64,000 nucleotides of DNA from contig CAWANH010000029.1 in NCBI GenBank assembly GCA_963783375.1, positions 896,001 through 960,000 of the forward strand, read 5' to 3'. Positions 50,593-62,198 of the stretch are shown piece after piece. Each line of letters starts with the position of its first letter. Position 1 is the stretch's first letter. This DNA is from Candidatus Eiseniibacteriota bacterium. GTDB lineage: Bacteria; Eisenbacteria; RBG-16-71-46; JABDJR01. The notes under the pieces are model-generated. The model had not been told where the DNA came from and made no database searches. It was given only the letters and a program-made list of their open reading frames with translations. Both the position numbers and the translations under genes were made by a program.

Positions 50593-50653
50593 GTTCGCGC
50601 CGCCCGCGGGGCCCCGGTTCGCGGGCCGTCGATCTCATACCCAAGGAATTCTC

Positions 50654-52458
50654 ATGGCGCCGGACCACCCGGTCGCGCCCGCCCATCCCCTGAGTACGCT
50701 CCGGTTCTCCCTCCTCGCCGTCCTCATCGGCGGGGTGGCCGGGATGGGCGCCGTGGCCTTTCGAGCCCTGATCGCGCTCTTTCACAACCTTCTCTTTCTC
50801 CGCACCTTTTCCATCACCTACGACGCCAATCTCCACACCCCGGCGTCCCCCTGGGGCCCGTTGGTGATCCTGGTCCCGGTGGTGGGAGCGCTCGGGGTGG
50901 TCTTCCTGGTCAAGAATTTCGCCCCCGAAGCCAAGGGACACGGCGTTCCCGAAGTCATGGACGCGATCTACTACAACAAGGGAGTGATCCGGCCGGTGGT
51001 GGCGGTGATCAAATCGCTGGCCTCCGCGCTCTCGATCGGAAGCGGGGGGGCGATCGGACGCGAGGGGCCGATCATCCAGATAGGCTCCTCTTTCGGTTCC
51101 ACCCTGGGCCAGCTGATGCGGGTCCCCTTGTGGCAACGCATCACCCTGGTGGCGGCGGGGGCGGGCGCGGGAATCGCCGCCACCTTCAACACCCCGGTGG
51201 GGGGCGTGTTGTTCGCCGTCGAGATCATGATGCACGAGGTGAGCGTCCGGACCCTGGTGCCGGTGGCGATCTCGACCGCCACCGCGACCTACGTCGGACG
51301 GATGTTCTTCGGCCCCCACCCCTCCTTCGTCATCCCCGGTTTCGAGACCCCGTACTTTCACCTCACCGATCCTGCGGTGCTCCTCACCTACGTGGGGCTG
51401 GGAATCCTCATGGGCCTGGTCTCCGCCCTCTACATCAAGTCCATCTACGGCTTCGAGGACTTCTTCGAGAAACGGGTGAAGGGGGGCTACTACGTCCGGC
51501 ACATGTCGGGCATGCTGGTGGTCGGCGTGATGATGTACGTCCTCTTCCGGCTCTTCGGCCACTATTACGTCGAAGGCGTGGGTTACGCCACCGTGCAGGA
51601 CGTCCTCTCGGGGGAAACGCCATCTTCCTCCTGCTCCTTTTGTTGTGCGGACTCAAACTTCTGGCCACCTCGCTCACCCTGGGATCCGGAGCCTCGGGGG
51701 GGATCTTCTCCCCCGCCCTCTTCATGGGGGCGACCCTGGGGGGCGCCTACGGGATCCTCCTCCAGAACCTTTTTCCCGGCCTGGGAGTGAGCGCGCCCGC
51801 CTTCGCGGTGGCCGGGATGGCCGGGGTGGTGGGTGGATCCACCGGCGCGGCCATGGCCGCCATCGTGATGATCTTCGAGATGACCCTCGACTACAGCGTG
51901 ATCGTCCCCATGACCATCACCGTGGCCCTGAGCTACGAGGTGCGGAAGCTCATCTCCCGGGAGAGCATCTACACCCTCAAGCTCGTCCGGCGGGGACACA
52001 CCATGCCCGACGCGCTCCAGACCAACTTCCACCACTTGCGGCGGGCCGGGGACATCATGGACACCCGCCTGGTCTCCGTCCCCGCGGACGCCACGATGGA
52101 TCACTTCGTGCGGTCCGCGTCCGGGGCCGCCTCGGTCACCCATTTCCTGGTCGTCGAAGGGGGGCGCGTGACCGGGGTGCTCACCCATCACGCCGCCATG
52201 TCCGCCCTGGCCGAGCCGGATCAAGGGACAACCATGGGAACCGTGGCCGACGCGAACTTCATCGTGGTGTCCGAGGACTCCACCTTGTCCGAGGTGATGA
52301 CTCGGCTCCGCCGGAGCCAAGCCTCGGCGGCGTTGGTGGTCCGGCGGGGGGAGCCGGCAGACCCCGAATCGACGGCGGCCGAAGGCGTGACCGGGATCAT
52401 CAACAAGGAGCGGATCGCCGATACCCTGGTGGAGGCGATTGAGCTATTCTCGGACTGA
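50654..52458 (+). CDS. ClC chloride channel/antiporter with CBS domains (single frameshift near 51610)
   Basis: GHGVPEV, GREGP, GGIFSP, Y in SIYTLKL; CBS pair in the second frame. Confidence 0.9.
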
Positions 52459-52554
52459 CCGGGCGGTTTCCTCGCGGGAACCACCTCATCGACGCCGGCA
52501 GGCCCCGTCGGGCTCCCGGTTCTCCGGATATCCACGCCAATCGACGGGGCTCAC

Positions 52555-53769
52555 ATGAGTTGGTCGGAAAAGCTTGGGGCGAACCGGGTCGTCCTCGCCC
52601 TCTCGGTCGCCCGCCTGGGGGATGCGATCGGGAACAGCATCCTTTTCATCATCATCCCGCTCTACGTGGCCAAACTCCCCGCTCCCTGGTTCCACGTTCC
52701 GGAATCGGTGCGGGTCGGAATCCTGATCTCCCTCTACGGCATCGTGAACTCCGCCTTCCAGCCGCTGATGGGGGCGCTCAGCGACCGGTTCCGACGCCGG
52801 AAGCCCTTCATCCTGGCCGGACTCTTCCTCATGGCGGTCAGCACGTTCCTGTTCACCCTGGCGAGCCGGTTCACCGACCTCCTGGTCCTCCGAGCCATTC
52901 AGGGGGTGGGGGTGGCCATCACCATTCCGGCATCCATGGCGCTCATGGCCTCGGCCACCCAGAAGCACTCGCGCGGGGGGTCCATGGGGGTCTACTCCAC
53001 CTTGCGGATCGTGGGGTTCGCGTCGGGCCCCCTGATCGGAGGCTTCCTTCACGTCCGCTACGGGTTCAACGCCGCCTTTCTGGCCGGGACCGCCTTCGTG
53101 CTGTTGGGGATGCTCCTGGTACAGTTCTGGGTTCACGAAGCACCCACCGAGGCCCCGGCGGCCGCCGAGCGCCCCCGGTTCCGGATCATCGACCGGGGGC
53201 TCCTCTCGGGCGGAATCCTGGGCCTGGGGGCGGCCACCTTCGTGATGGCCGCGGTGTTCACCATGATGAGCACCCTGGAGGTGCAGTTCAACGAACGCCT
53301 CCATCAGACCGCGTTCGCCTTCAGCGTGGCCTTCAGCGCTCTCATGGTGAGCCGGCTCCTCGCCCAGATCCCCCTCGGCCACCTCTCCGACCGGATCGGA
53401 CGAAAGCCCCTGATCGTGATTGGCCTCCTCCTCATGGCCCCGGCCAGCGCGCTCCTCGGCGAGGTGACATCCACCTTTCAGCTCACCGGCCTCCGGCTGA
53501 TCCAGGGGCTGGCCTCGGCGGGGATCGCCGCTCCCGCCTTCGCCCTGGCCGCCGATCTCTCCAAGGTCGGAGGTGAGGGCCGCCAGATGAGCGTCATCAC
53601 CATGGGCTTCGGGCTGGGAATCGCGGTGGGGCCCCTGATCGCCGGGGTCCTGGCCGTTGTCTTCTTCGAGCTGCCGTTCCTGATCGGGGGGGCGCTTTCG
53701 CTTCTGGCCGCCTGGATCGTCCACCGCTACGTCCCCGAGACCGTCCACCGGCAGCGCCGGGCGGCGTAG
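52555..53769 (+). CDS. MFS transporter
   Basis: About 12 TMs; GALSDRFRRRKP and GHLSDRIGRKP motif A. Confidence 0.93.
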   Translation: MSWSEKLGANRVVLALSVARLGDAIGNSILFIIIPLYVAKLPAPWFHVPESVRVGILISLYGIVNSAFQPLMGALSDRFRRRKPFILAGLFLMAVSTFLFTLASRFTDLLVLRAIQGVGVAITIPASMALMASATQKHSRGGSMGVYSTLRIVGFASGPLIGGFLHVRYGFNAAFLAGTAFVLLGMLLVQFWVHEAPTEAPAAAERPRFRIIDRGLLSGGILGLGAATFVMAAVFTMMSTLEVQFNERLHQTAFAFSVAFSALMVSRLLAQIPLGHLSDRIGRKPLIVIGLLLMAPASALLGEVTSTFQLTGLRLIQGLASAGIAAPAFALAADLSKVGGEGRQMSVITMGFGLGIAVGPLIAGVLAVVFFELPFLIGGALSLLAAWIVHRYVPETVHRQRRAA

Positions 53770-53936
53770 GGGGGGCGTTGCGGGCGCTCGATCGTCCCCG
53801 CGATCGCAAGAGGGAACCGTTGACTCGGCGGAAGCCCTTTCGGCGCCCGCCCGAACCCATTAGAATGTCCGCTCGTTTCGGCAAGGCCGGATGATTGTCT
53901 CCCCGCAGGCTGCGGGTCGGGAGCGAGGACCAGGCG

Positions 53937-55329
53937 ATGACGGAAACAGCGGTACGCGCGATCTACCGGGACCCCAAGGGACACGTGGGACGGACGGTCA
54001 CGGTCTCCGGGTGGATCCGGACGGCCCGATTCTCCAAGAACGTGGGATTCCTGGAGCTCAACGACGGGACGTTCATGAAGAACCTCCAGGTCGTGATCTC
54101 GCCCGAACTCCCGAACTACGACGAAGTTTCGCGCCTCGGGATCAGCTCCTCGATCGTGGTGGAAGGGGATCTGGTGGAGAGCCCCAAGCCGGGACAACCG
54201 GTGGAGCTCAAGGCGGCCCGGGTGGAGATCGAGGGCGCCTCGGACGCTGACTATCCGCTCCAGAAGAAACGGCACACCTTCGAGTACCTCCGTACCATCG
54301 CCCACCTGCGCCCCCGCGGAAACACGTTCACCGCGGTTTTCCGGGTGCGCTCCCTCGTCTCCTACGCCATCCACACCTTCTTCCAGGAGCGGGGATTCGT
54401 CTACGTGCACACCCCGATCCTCACCTCCAGCGACGCCGAGGGCGCGGGTAGCATGTTCCGGGTCACCACCATGGACCTGGACAAGCCGGCCCGGGGCGGG
54501 GACGGCAAGGTGGACTACGCGGCGAACCTCCTGGGCCGGGACGCGTTCCTCACCGTGAGCGGGCAGCTCGAGGTCGAGACCCACTGCATGGCCTTCCGGA
54601 ACGTCTACACGTTCGGCCCGACCTTCCGGGCCGAGAACTCGAACACCGCCCGCCACGCCTGCGAGTTCTGGATGATCGAGCCCGAGATCTCCTTTGCCGG
54701 ACTCCCCGAGGTCATGGACCTGGCCGAAGACATGGTGAAGTACCTCATCACCTTCCTCCGCGAGCGCGCCCCGGAGGAGATGGCCTTCTTCAACCAGCGG
54801 ATCGATACGGACCTCCTGGCCCGACTGGATCACATCGCCAGCCAGTCCTTCGAACGCATCCCCTACACCGAGGCCGTCTCGATCCTGAAGAAGAGCGGGG
54901 AAACCTTCGAACACCCGGTGGCCTGGGAAGACGGCCTCCAGACCGAGCACGAGCGGTACCTCTGCGAGAAGGTCTACAAGAAGCCGGTCTTCGTCACCGA
55001 CTATCCCAAGGACGTGAAGGCGTTCTACATGCGCCAGAACGACGACGGGAAGACCGTGGCCGCCACCGATCTCCTGGTCCCCAAGGTTGGCGAGATCATC
55101 GGGGGAAGCCAGCGCGAGGAGCGGATGGACGTCCTCAAGCGCCGGATCGCCGAGATGGGTCTCGACGAGAGCGCCTACTGGTGGTACCTGGATCTCCGCC
55201 GCTACGGGACGGTGAGGCACGCCGGGTTCGGCCTGGGACTCGAGCGCTTCATCATGTACGTGACCGGGATGGAGAACATCCGGGACGTGATCTCGTTTCC
55301 CGCGGACGCCGAACAGCATCGAGTTCTGA
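53937..55329 (+). CDS. asnS: Asparagine--tRNA ligase (extra base near 55290; true end [10 protein letters not shown])
   Basis: [41 protein letters not shown]. Confidence 0.96.
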
Positions 55330-55474
55330 CCCGGAGAACGCCGGCGATCCACCGCCTTCGCGCCGGACCGGATTGCTGTGGCATCGTAGTTTCACGCATG
55401 CTATACTGCAACAAATTTCCTCGTCCCGTTCCCGTGCGGGGCCTGTTCCTCCATCACCCCCAAGGAGCAAGACC

Positions 55475-56143
55475 ATGGCCACTAGGCATACCCCCGATTG
55501 CGGCCCGCATCTCCCGGCGTTTGGGAGCGTTGCTCGTTCCCGCCCTGCTGGTCCTCTCGTTCGCTTCCACGCCTCCGCCGGTGTCATCGTCGCCTTCGGC
55601 GGCGCCTCCGGACCCGGGCTGGCCAGCATGTCGTTCAACAACCTGGGAACCCCGTCTCCGGGCAACGACAACTTCGCCGGCACCTCGCCCAACTGGGTCG
55701 CCGTCAACCAGAAGGCCTACAATGCCGTCGGCTACATCGACATGGTCTTCGTCGTCGTCGATTCCGGAGCGACGCCCATCACCGAATACGTGCTCACCGA
55801 GGGCGTCGACAACGGCACCGGCATCGACTGGACCGACTACCACCTCCAGCTCGGGTTCGGGACCGGCGCTTCCTTCGTGCCCTCGGGCCCCGGGGACGGG
55901 CTCGACTTCGACGCCCCGGACTACGACTCCCCCTTCAGCTTCGCGCCATTCACCACCGTGAACCCGGGCGAGGACGGCGTCGATGCCTACGGCGGCACCT
56001 TTCCCACCGGCTCGTTCCACGTCATATCCTTCCCGTTCGACGTCCCGAACGGCATCACCGAGTTCACGATCCGGCAGTATCCCACCATTTCCCCCACGCC
56101 CACCGAGGCCACGACCTGGGGAAGGGTGAAAGCCCTGTACTGA
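55475..56143 (+). CDS. Secreted protein with choice-of-anchor-F-like domain and TWG C-terminal tail
   Basis: SD AAGGAG; [34 protein letters not shown]; ends [16 protein letters not shown]; the signal region may contain compensating indels. Confidence 0.7.
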   Translation: MATRHTPDCGPHLPAFGSVARSRPAGPLVRFHASAGVIVAFGGASGPGLASMSFNNLGTPSPGNDNFAGTSPNWVAVNQKAYNAVGYIDMVFVVVDSGATPITEYVLTEGVDNGTGIDWTDYHLQLGFGTGASFVPSGPGDGLDFDAPDYDSPFSFAPFTTVNPGEDGVDAYGGTFPTGSFHVISFPFDVPNGITEFTIRQYPTISPTPTEATTWGRVKALY

Positions 56144-56175
56144 TCCGGGCGAAGTATCCACCGGCCGGCGCCGCG

Positions 56176-57213
56176 TCAGAGTCCGAGGACGCTCTCGACC
56201 TCCAGGAAGAGCGGCCACACGGCCCCTCCGGTGTTGCCGAGCATCGTTAGGACGATGCTCGGGCCGGGGTAGACGGCGGAGCGCATGGCCACACCCGGGT
56301 CCGAGCCCTCGACGAAGACCTTCCGGATCGCTTGATCCGGAAGGTCGATCCATACGCCGTATCCGTAGTGGGTATATGGCGAGTTCAGTGCGGTGGCGAT
56401 ATGCGGCTCGAGCAGCGCCTCGGTGGTCCCGACCGCCAGTAGTTCGGATCCGGTCAACGCCCTCCAGAACCGCGCCAGGTCCGGCGCGGTGGTGTACGCC
56501 CCTCCGTCGGGCCCGCCGATGACCGGCACCGCGAAGACGTTGGTCCGCCAGGACCCGTCGTCGTCCTTGATGTAGGCGCGGGCGGTCCGCTCCGGCAGCC
56601 GGTCGGCCGGGAAATACCCCGAATCATCCATGCCCGCCGGTTCGAACACCGTTTCCCGAACGACGTCCGGGAAGGGCTTGCCGGCCACGCACTCGGCGAC
56701 CAGGCCCAGGAGGATGTAGCCCCCGTCGTTGTACTCGAACCTGTCCCCCGGCGGGAACTTCATGGGCCTGTCCCGGAAGAGAGGCAGGAAATCCTTCGGT
56801 CCTCTCATCCGGTACACGGGAACGTCCCGCCACAGCGCCTCGTAGTCCGGGTCCATGTCCTCCTCGAAGTACGAGGTGATCCCCGAACTGTGGGTGAGGA
56901 GGTGGCGGACGGTGATCTCCGGCGAGAAGTGCGGGAAGGCCTCGTCGACGCACTCGGTCAAGCGGGTGTCGAGGCTCACCATTCCCAGCTCCACCAACCG
57001 GCAGACCGCCACCGCAGTGAAGATCTTGCACCCCGACGCCGTCTGGAACCGGGTGTCGATCCGGTTGGGGACGGACTCCGAGCGGACGGCCGGGCCGTAG
57101 GCGTCTTCGAAGAGAACCTCGTTGCCATGCGTCAGACAGACCACCCCGGAAAACGGCTCGGGATCGGTCCGGCTCTCGATGCAGGCGGCCAGCGCTTTCG
57201 GGTCGAGCTTCAT
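56176..57213 (-). CDS. Serine hydrolase (beta-lactamase/AmpC-like family)
   Basis: SGCK (SxxK), HLLTHSSG, FEYNDGGY (YxD variant). Confidence 0.9.
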   Translation of the reverse strand: MKLDPKALAACIESRTDPEPFSGVVCLTHGNEVLFEDAYGPAVRSESVPNRIDTRFQTASGCKIFTAVAVCRLVELGMVSLDTRLTECVDEAFPHFSPEITVRHLLTHSSGITSYFEEDMDPDYEALWRDVPVYRMRGPKDFLPLFRDRPMKFPPGDRFEYNDGGYILLGLVAECVAGKPFPDVVRETVFEPAGMDDSGYFPADRLPERTARAYIKDDDGSWRTNVFAVPVIGGPDGGAYTTAPDLARFWRALTGSELLAVGTTEALLEPHIATALNSPYTHYGYGVWIDLPDQAIRKVFVEGSDPGVAMRSAVYPGPSIVLTMLGNTGGAVWPLFLEVESVLGL

Positions 57214-57498
57214 GCGATTCATCCTGTGGCGGGGCGGGAACACGAGAAGGGCCCGCTCCGGCCGCGAAGGGTATCATGCCCGGAGCGGGGGCCCACGGCG
57301 TGAAGCGGAGGGCGCGCGGATCGCCCGGATCCTCCACCCCCGTCCCGTCGGCCCGGACCGCCTCCACGGGCCGCCGGGGGGCCATTCCCAGGCGGCATGG
57401 TATGATGCGATCTCCGCCGGGGCGGTGAGCGGGACGAAGACCATAGGGATCGATCGGCGGCAGAACGTACTCCCCAACCTACAGGAGCCATCCGACCC

Positions 57499-59883
57499 AT
57501 GCCCCTCGATCCTGGCACCCGCCTTGGCCCCTACGAGATCCTGGACGCGCTGGGAGCCGGCGGCATGGGCGAGGTCTACCGCGCCCGCGACACCCGTCTC
57601 AACCGGACGGTCGCCATCAAGTCCCTATCCCACGCCTTCGCCGACGACCCCGGCCACCTGGCCCGGTTCGAGCGGGAGGCCAAGGTCCTGGCCTCGCTGA
57701 ACCACCCCAACATCGCCGCCATCTACGGGCTCGAGGACCACGCGGGAGCTCCCCACCTGGTCCTTGAGCTGGTGGAGGGCGAGACCCTGGCCCAGACGCT
57801 CACCCGGGGACCGCTCCCGGTCTCGGAGTCCCTCCAGGTCTGCGGGCAGATCGCCGAAGCCCTGGAGGCCGCTCACGAACGGGGCATCGTCCACCGGGAC
57901 CTGAAGCCGGGAAACGTCATGCTCACCGCCACGCGAACGGTGAAGGTGCTGGACTTCGGTCTGGCCAAGGGACAGGCCTCCACCGAGGACTCCTCGGCGG
58001 TTCTGACCGCCACCCCCACCGCACCGGCCTTCTCCACCGGCGCGGGATTGATCCTCGGCACCGCTCCCTACATGAGCCCGGAGCAGGCCCGCGGTAGGCC
58101 GGTGGATCGTCGGACCGACGTGTGGGCGTTCGGGTGCGTGCTCTACGAGTGTCTCTCCGGCCGGGCAGCCTTCGCCGGGGAAACCGTCTCCGACGTGATC
58201 GCGAAGATCCTGGAGCGCGAGCCGGACTGGAGCGCGCTTCCCCCCTCCACGCCTCCCCGCCTCCGCACCCTCCTCGGTCGCTGCCTCACCAAGGACGCGG
58301 TGCAACGGCCCCGCGACATCGGTGACCTGCGGCGGGAGCTGACCGCCATCGCCCTGGAAATGTCCGCGCCCAAGGTGGGCCGGACCTCCCCCGCCGACCG
58401 GCCGTCGCTGGCCGTGCTCTACTTCGAGAACCTCTCCACCGACAAGGAGAGCGAGTACTTCTGCGCGGGGATCACCGAGGACATCCTCACCGATCTCTCC
58501 AAGATCAAGGGACTCCGGGTGGCGTCCCGAAACGCGGTGGCCAAGTACCGCGGCGAATCCGTGGACATCTCCCGGGTGGCTTCGGACCTGGGGGTGCGGG
58601 CGGTGCTGGAGGGGAGCGTCCGGAAGGCCGGCGACCGCGTCCGCATCTCCGCCCAGCTCATCAACGGCTCCGACGGGTTCCATCTCTGGGCCGACCGCTA
58701 CGACCGCGTCCTGGAGGACGTCTTCGCGGTGCAGGAGGAGATCGCCTCGGCCATCGCCCAGGCGCTCCGGGTGGCGCTCACCCCGTCGGAAGCGAGGAGG
58801 CTCACCCAGGACCGCCCCCAGGACGTGCGGGCCTACGACCTGTACCTGAAGGGGCGCGAACAGTACGGCCAGTACACCCCCGAGGGGATGCGAAACGCCC
58901 TGAATCTCTTCCAGGAGGCGATCGGGGTGGACCCGAACTACGCCCTGGCCTGGGCGGGTATCGCCGACGCCCACGGCCAGATGCTGCAGTTCGGAATCAG
59001 CGAGAACGTGGACGAGACATTTCGGGCGGGGCTCGAGGCCGCGGAGCGGGCCATCCAGATCAACCCCAAGCTGGCCGAGGGCTACAAGGCCAAGTCCCTG
59101 GTGCTCCGGTTCTCCGGCGACCGGGAAGGATCCAATGCCGCCCTGGCCCAGGCGATCGAGGTCAATCCGCGCTTCACCCCCGCCCTCATCAACGTCGCGG
59201 TGGAGGAGTTCTGCCGGGGCGACGTGGCCGGAGCCGAGCGCCATGTGCGCCGGGTGCTGGAGATCGATCCCCAGGAGTCCTTTGCCACCATCTGGCTGGC
59301 CTGGCTCATGACCTACACCGGCCGCTGGGAGGAGAGCGCCGCCATCGGCCGCCAGCAACGCACCCTCTCCGACAATCCGATCTACGTCGCCGCCACGTAC
59401 GGATTCCAGCTCAACGCCGCCCTGGCCGCCGGCGACATCGAGAGTGCCCGGGACCTGTATCGCCGCGCCGCCGCCGAAGTCTCGGACAAGCCCAACCTGA
59501 GGGTGATGAAAGCGTCGATCGCGCTTTCCAGGGGGGATCTCGAGACCGCGCAGAAGATCGCGCGGGAACTGCGGGATGACCGTGGGGTGGGAGGGGGACC
59601 GCTGCTCGAGCTGGCCCGGATCGAGCTGGCCGCGAACGACCCCGAAGCGGCCCGTCACTTCCTGGAGCGGGGATTCGTTCGCGATCTGGCTCCGGTGGCG
59701 ATCCGGCTCCTTCCACACCTCCGCCCCCTCCTCGGCTCCCCGCCCTTCACCCCGAGGCGGATGGACGCGGTCCTGGTGTGGCCGCTGGAGGCGCCCATGC
59801 CGGACCGGGAGATGCTGTCGCTCTTCCGGGAAATCCGGCTGGACACCGGCACCCCCGAGGGCAGTGGAGTGGAGCCGGCCTGA
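57499..59883 (+). CDS. Ser/Thr kinase with TolB-N-like and TPR domains
   Basis: [24 protein letters not shown]; [22 protein letters not shown]; TPR repeats. Confidence 0.93.
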   Translation: MPLDPGTRLGPYEILDALGAGGMGEVYRARDTRLNRTVAIKSLSHAFADDPGHLARFEREAKVLASLNHPNIAAIYGLEDHAGAPHLVLELVEGETLAQTLTRGPLPVSESLQVCGQIAEALEAAHERGIVHRDLKPGNVMLTATRTVKVLDFGLAKGQASTEDSSAVLTATPTAPAFSTGAGLILGTAPYMSPEQARGRPVDRRTDVWAFGCVLYECLSGRAAFAGETVSDVIAKILEREPDWSALPPSTPPRLRTLLGRCLTKDAVQRPRDIGDLRRELTAIALEMSAPKVGRTSPADRPSLAVLYFENLSTDKESEYFCAGITEDILTDLSKIKGLRVASRNAVAKYRGESVDISRVASDLGVRAVLEGSVRKAGDRVRISAQLINGSDGFHLWADRYDRVLEDVFAVQEEIASAIAQALRVALTPSEARRLTQDRPQDVRAYDLYLKGREQYGQYTPEGMRNALNLFQEAIGVDPNYALAWAGIADAHGQMLQFGISENVDETFRAGLEAAERAIQINPKLAEGYKAKSLVLRFSGDREGSNAALAQAIEVNPRFTPALINVAVEEFCRGDVAGAERHVRRVLEIDPQESFATIWLAWLMTYTGRWEESAAIGRQQRTLSDNPIYVAATYGFQLNAALAAGDIESARDLYRRAAAEVSDKPNLRVMKASIALSRGDLETAQKIARELRDDRGVGGGPLLELARIELAANDPEAARHFLERGFVRDLAPVAIRLLPHLRPLLGSPPFTPRRMDAVLVWPLEAPMPDREMLSLFREIRLDTGTPEGSGVEPA

Positions 59884-60161
59884 CTCCGACCCCGGCCGCT
59901 ACGATCGGTCGCTTGCGCCGACCGCTGAACGCCGTCCACGTTCGATACGCCCGGGGCGACCACTTGGGTCGCGCGGTCGCGGGAGCGATCCACGGCGGCT
60001 CCTGATGCGCCCCGCGTAGCCGACGTTCGGCTCCAGCGCCTGCGTGAACAGGGGCTTCCGGGGGCCGAGGATGCCGTCGGGAAGCATGGGGCCGACTCCG
60101 AGGCTCCCACGTCCACGGTGGTCGATCACCCGAATCCCCAACCTCCCATACGGCGCCACGT

Positions 60162-60485
60162 TCACGTTTCCGGGCGACCACCCCATGCCGACCTGGGGCG
60201 CAAGGACCTTCTGCCCGCCGCGACGAGGTACATGTTGTCCCGCCAGACCGAGAAGTTGATCGTACCGGGAGCGCTCCAGGCAGCGCCGATGATGCTCCCG
60301 ATCCCCGGAATCTCGCAGATTGCCGTGGGCCGCCCACCCTCGACGGGGACCTTCCAAAGCTTCCGGTCGTCGGCGTAGACCAGCTCCCGCGAGTCCGGGG
60401 ACCAGCTGGCCGGCCCGGCGGCCAGGATATCGGCAACGGACCTCGGGGTGAGCTGATCCAGATCGCGGACCCACACGTGATTTGC
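60162..60485 (-). pseudogene. Fragment of a PD40/TolB-like beta-propeller (kinase-associated type)
   Basis: VWVRDLDQLTPR...WSPDSRELVYA..KLWKVPVEGGRP..IC; no start or kinase domain. Confidence 0.6.
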
Positions 60486-60489
60486 AGAG

Positions 60490-60708
60490 GTGTATGCGGA
60501 CCGCGAGCCGGCGCTGGAGGAAGTGATCCTCGAGTGTCTCCAGGGGGATCCGCGGCGCCGGCCCCGTTCGGCGCGTGAGATCGGCGAACGGCTCGCGGAG
60601 ACGAGGCCGGCCGGGTCGCCGGCGACTTCCGCCACCTCGTCGAGGAACGCCACCGCCGAACCGGCATCGGTCGTGGTGATTCCGGTCGAGGACTCCGCTG
60701 CCGGTTAG
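60490..60708 (+). pseudogene. Fragment of a kinase C-lobe
   Basis: PALEEVILECLQGDPRRRPRSAREI corresponds to kinase subdomain XI. Confidence 0.55.
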
Positions 60709-61053
60709 GACGACTGGTTGGCGGGTCGGTTCGAGCAGGCCGTCGAGGGCGCCCGGCGAGCGGGGGTCTTCGAGCCGGAGAACTTTCTTTTCTACACGCC
60801 GTGGGTGGTCCTGATGTTGAGCGGCCGGGAGGACGAAGCCGCGCTCATGACCCGGATGGTCGACCGGAAGGAGGACCCCACCTTCACCCGCCTCCTGCGG
60901 TTCCACATCGCCGCCGTGTCCCCGGTCACCGCCCTGGGCGGAACTCGACCCCACCCGGGTCTGGTGGCCTACTCATGTGTGGACCCGGAAGATGCGGGGT
61001 GCTACCCTTTCGCGCTTCTTCGCCTCGGTCCACCCGGCCCACCCTGAGGAGGT

Positions 61054-61431
61054 ATGCATCCCATGCCCGACAAGACCCTGACCCCCTACGAGAACCTGCA
61101 ATTTGCCCCCCTTGCCGATGGAAGCCCGGTGCAGATCTCGCTGCTGTGGGGGAATCCCGAGACCGGGCCCGCGGCGGTGCTGGTGAAGTTCCCCGAAGGC
61201 TACCGCGAGCCCTGGCACTCCCACACCTCGACCTACCACGCCGTGGTCGTGAAGGGCGCTTTCCGCTCCCTCAGTCCCGAGGGCGGGCCGCAGTCGGAGC
61301 GCGTGCTGGGACCGGGTTCCCACATGATCCAGCCCGGCGGCGTGACCCACGCCGAAGTCAACGCCGGAGCGGGCGACGCGCTGGCCATGGTCTACTTCGA
61401 CGGGCCGGTCGACTTCGTGATGGCGGAGTAG
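61054..61431 (+). CDS. Cupin-fold protein (DUF4437-like)
   Basis: LWGNPETGP, PWHSH, QPGG..H, FDGPVDF; SD GAGGAGG. Confidence 0.8.
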   Translation: MHPMPDKTLTPYENLQFAPLADGSPVQISLLWGNPETGPAAVLVKFPEGYREPWHSHTSTYHAVVVKGAFRSLSPEGGPQSERVLGPGSHMIQPGGVTHAEVNAGAGDALAMVYFDGPVDFVMAE

Positions 61432-61511
61432 CGAGGGCCCGGCCTCGATGGGGCGGCCGTGGTGCCGGGAGGGGGACTCGATTCCCCGCGGGGCGATCGG
61501 TCGGCGAACCG

Positions 61512-61935
61512 CTACTCCCCGACCATCTTCAGGAGGTCCTCCACCGACAACGCCTTCGCCTCCTCCACCAACCCATCCAATGTCCCCTTCGGAATCCCCG
61601 CCTTGTGCGCCTCGATCCGGTCCACGATCCCGGGATCCATGGGGTGATCCACCACCACCCCCGCCCGCTTCGACCTTGCGTCTGCCGCCGCCGCAATCGC
61701 CACCGCATTCTCCGGCCGGCCGTGCGCCTCGGCGACGTCGAGCGCGATCCCGACCGTGGGCAGGACCTCGGCCGGATCGGTGACCGAGGCCATCGAGCCT
61801 AAACCGGCGCCGCCGGGATGGTCGGCGGCCAAGCGGTGGAAAAGATCGATGGAGAAGCGCGTCTTCCCCGTGCCCCCGTAGCCGGTGATGGTAACCACGC
61901 GCGCGTCTCGCCGTGTGAGCGCGATCTTGGGCCCC
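61512..61935 (-). pseudogene. Internally deleted STAND-type ATPase/TPR gene remnant
   Basis: RVVTITGYGGTGKTR P-loop joined directly to a typical C-terminal helix segment. Confidence 0.6.
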
Positions 61936-62198
61936 CGGCTTTGGGGATCCCTCAGCCGTGCCCGGTGGTGGCCGCCGGACCGGGTTCCCCGGGTCCATTT
62001 GGCCCCAGCCGGCCCGAGGCCCCTCCGGACCCGGGCCGATCGGGGGCGGCGTGTCACAGGTTGACGGAGTACCCCCTGCTGGACATACACTTCGGCCGGC
62101 CTGGACCCCCTATCGTCGCTTCCGTACCGGCCGACCACGGAGATCGAAAGGTCTCCTGCTCCCCCATTCAAGTTTCCAGAAACGAAAGCGTGGTCACC

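Noticed and set aside
55290-55961. AsnRS with a long C-terminal extension (688-aa ORF)
   Set aside because: Removing one base restores the canonical [10 protein letters not shown] end; the extension reads out of frame across the next gene.
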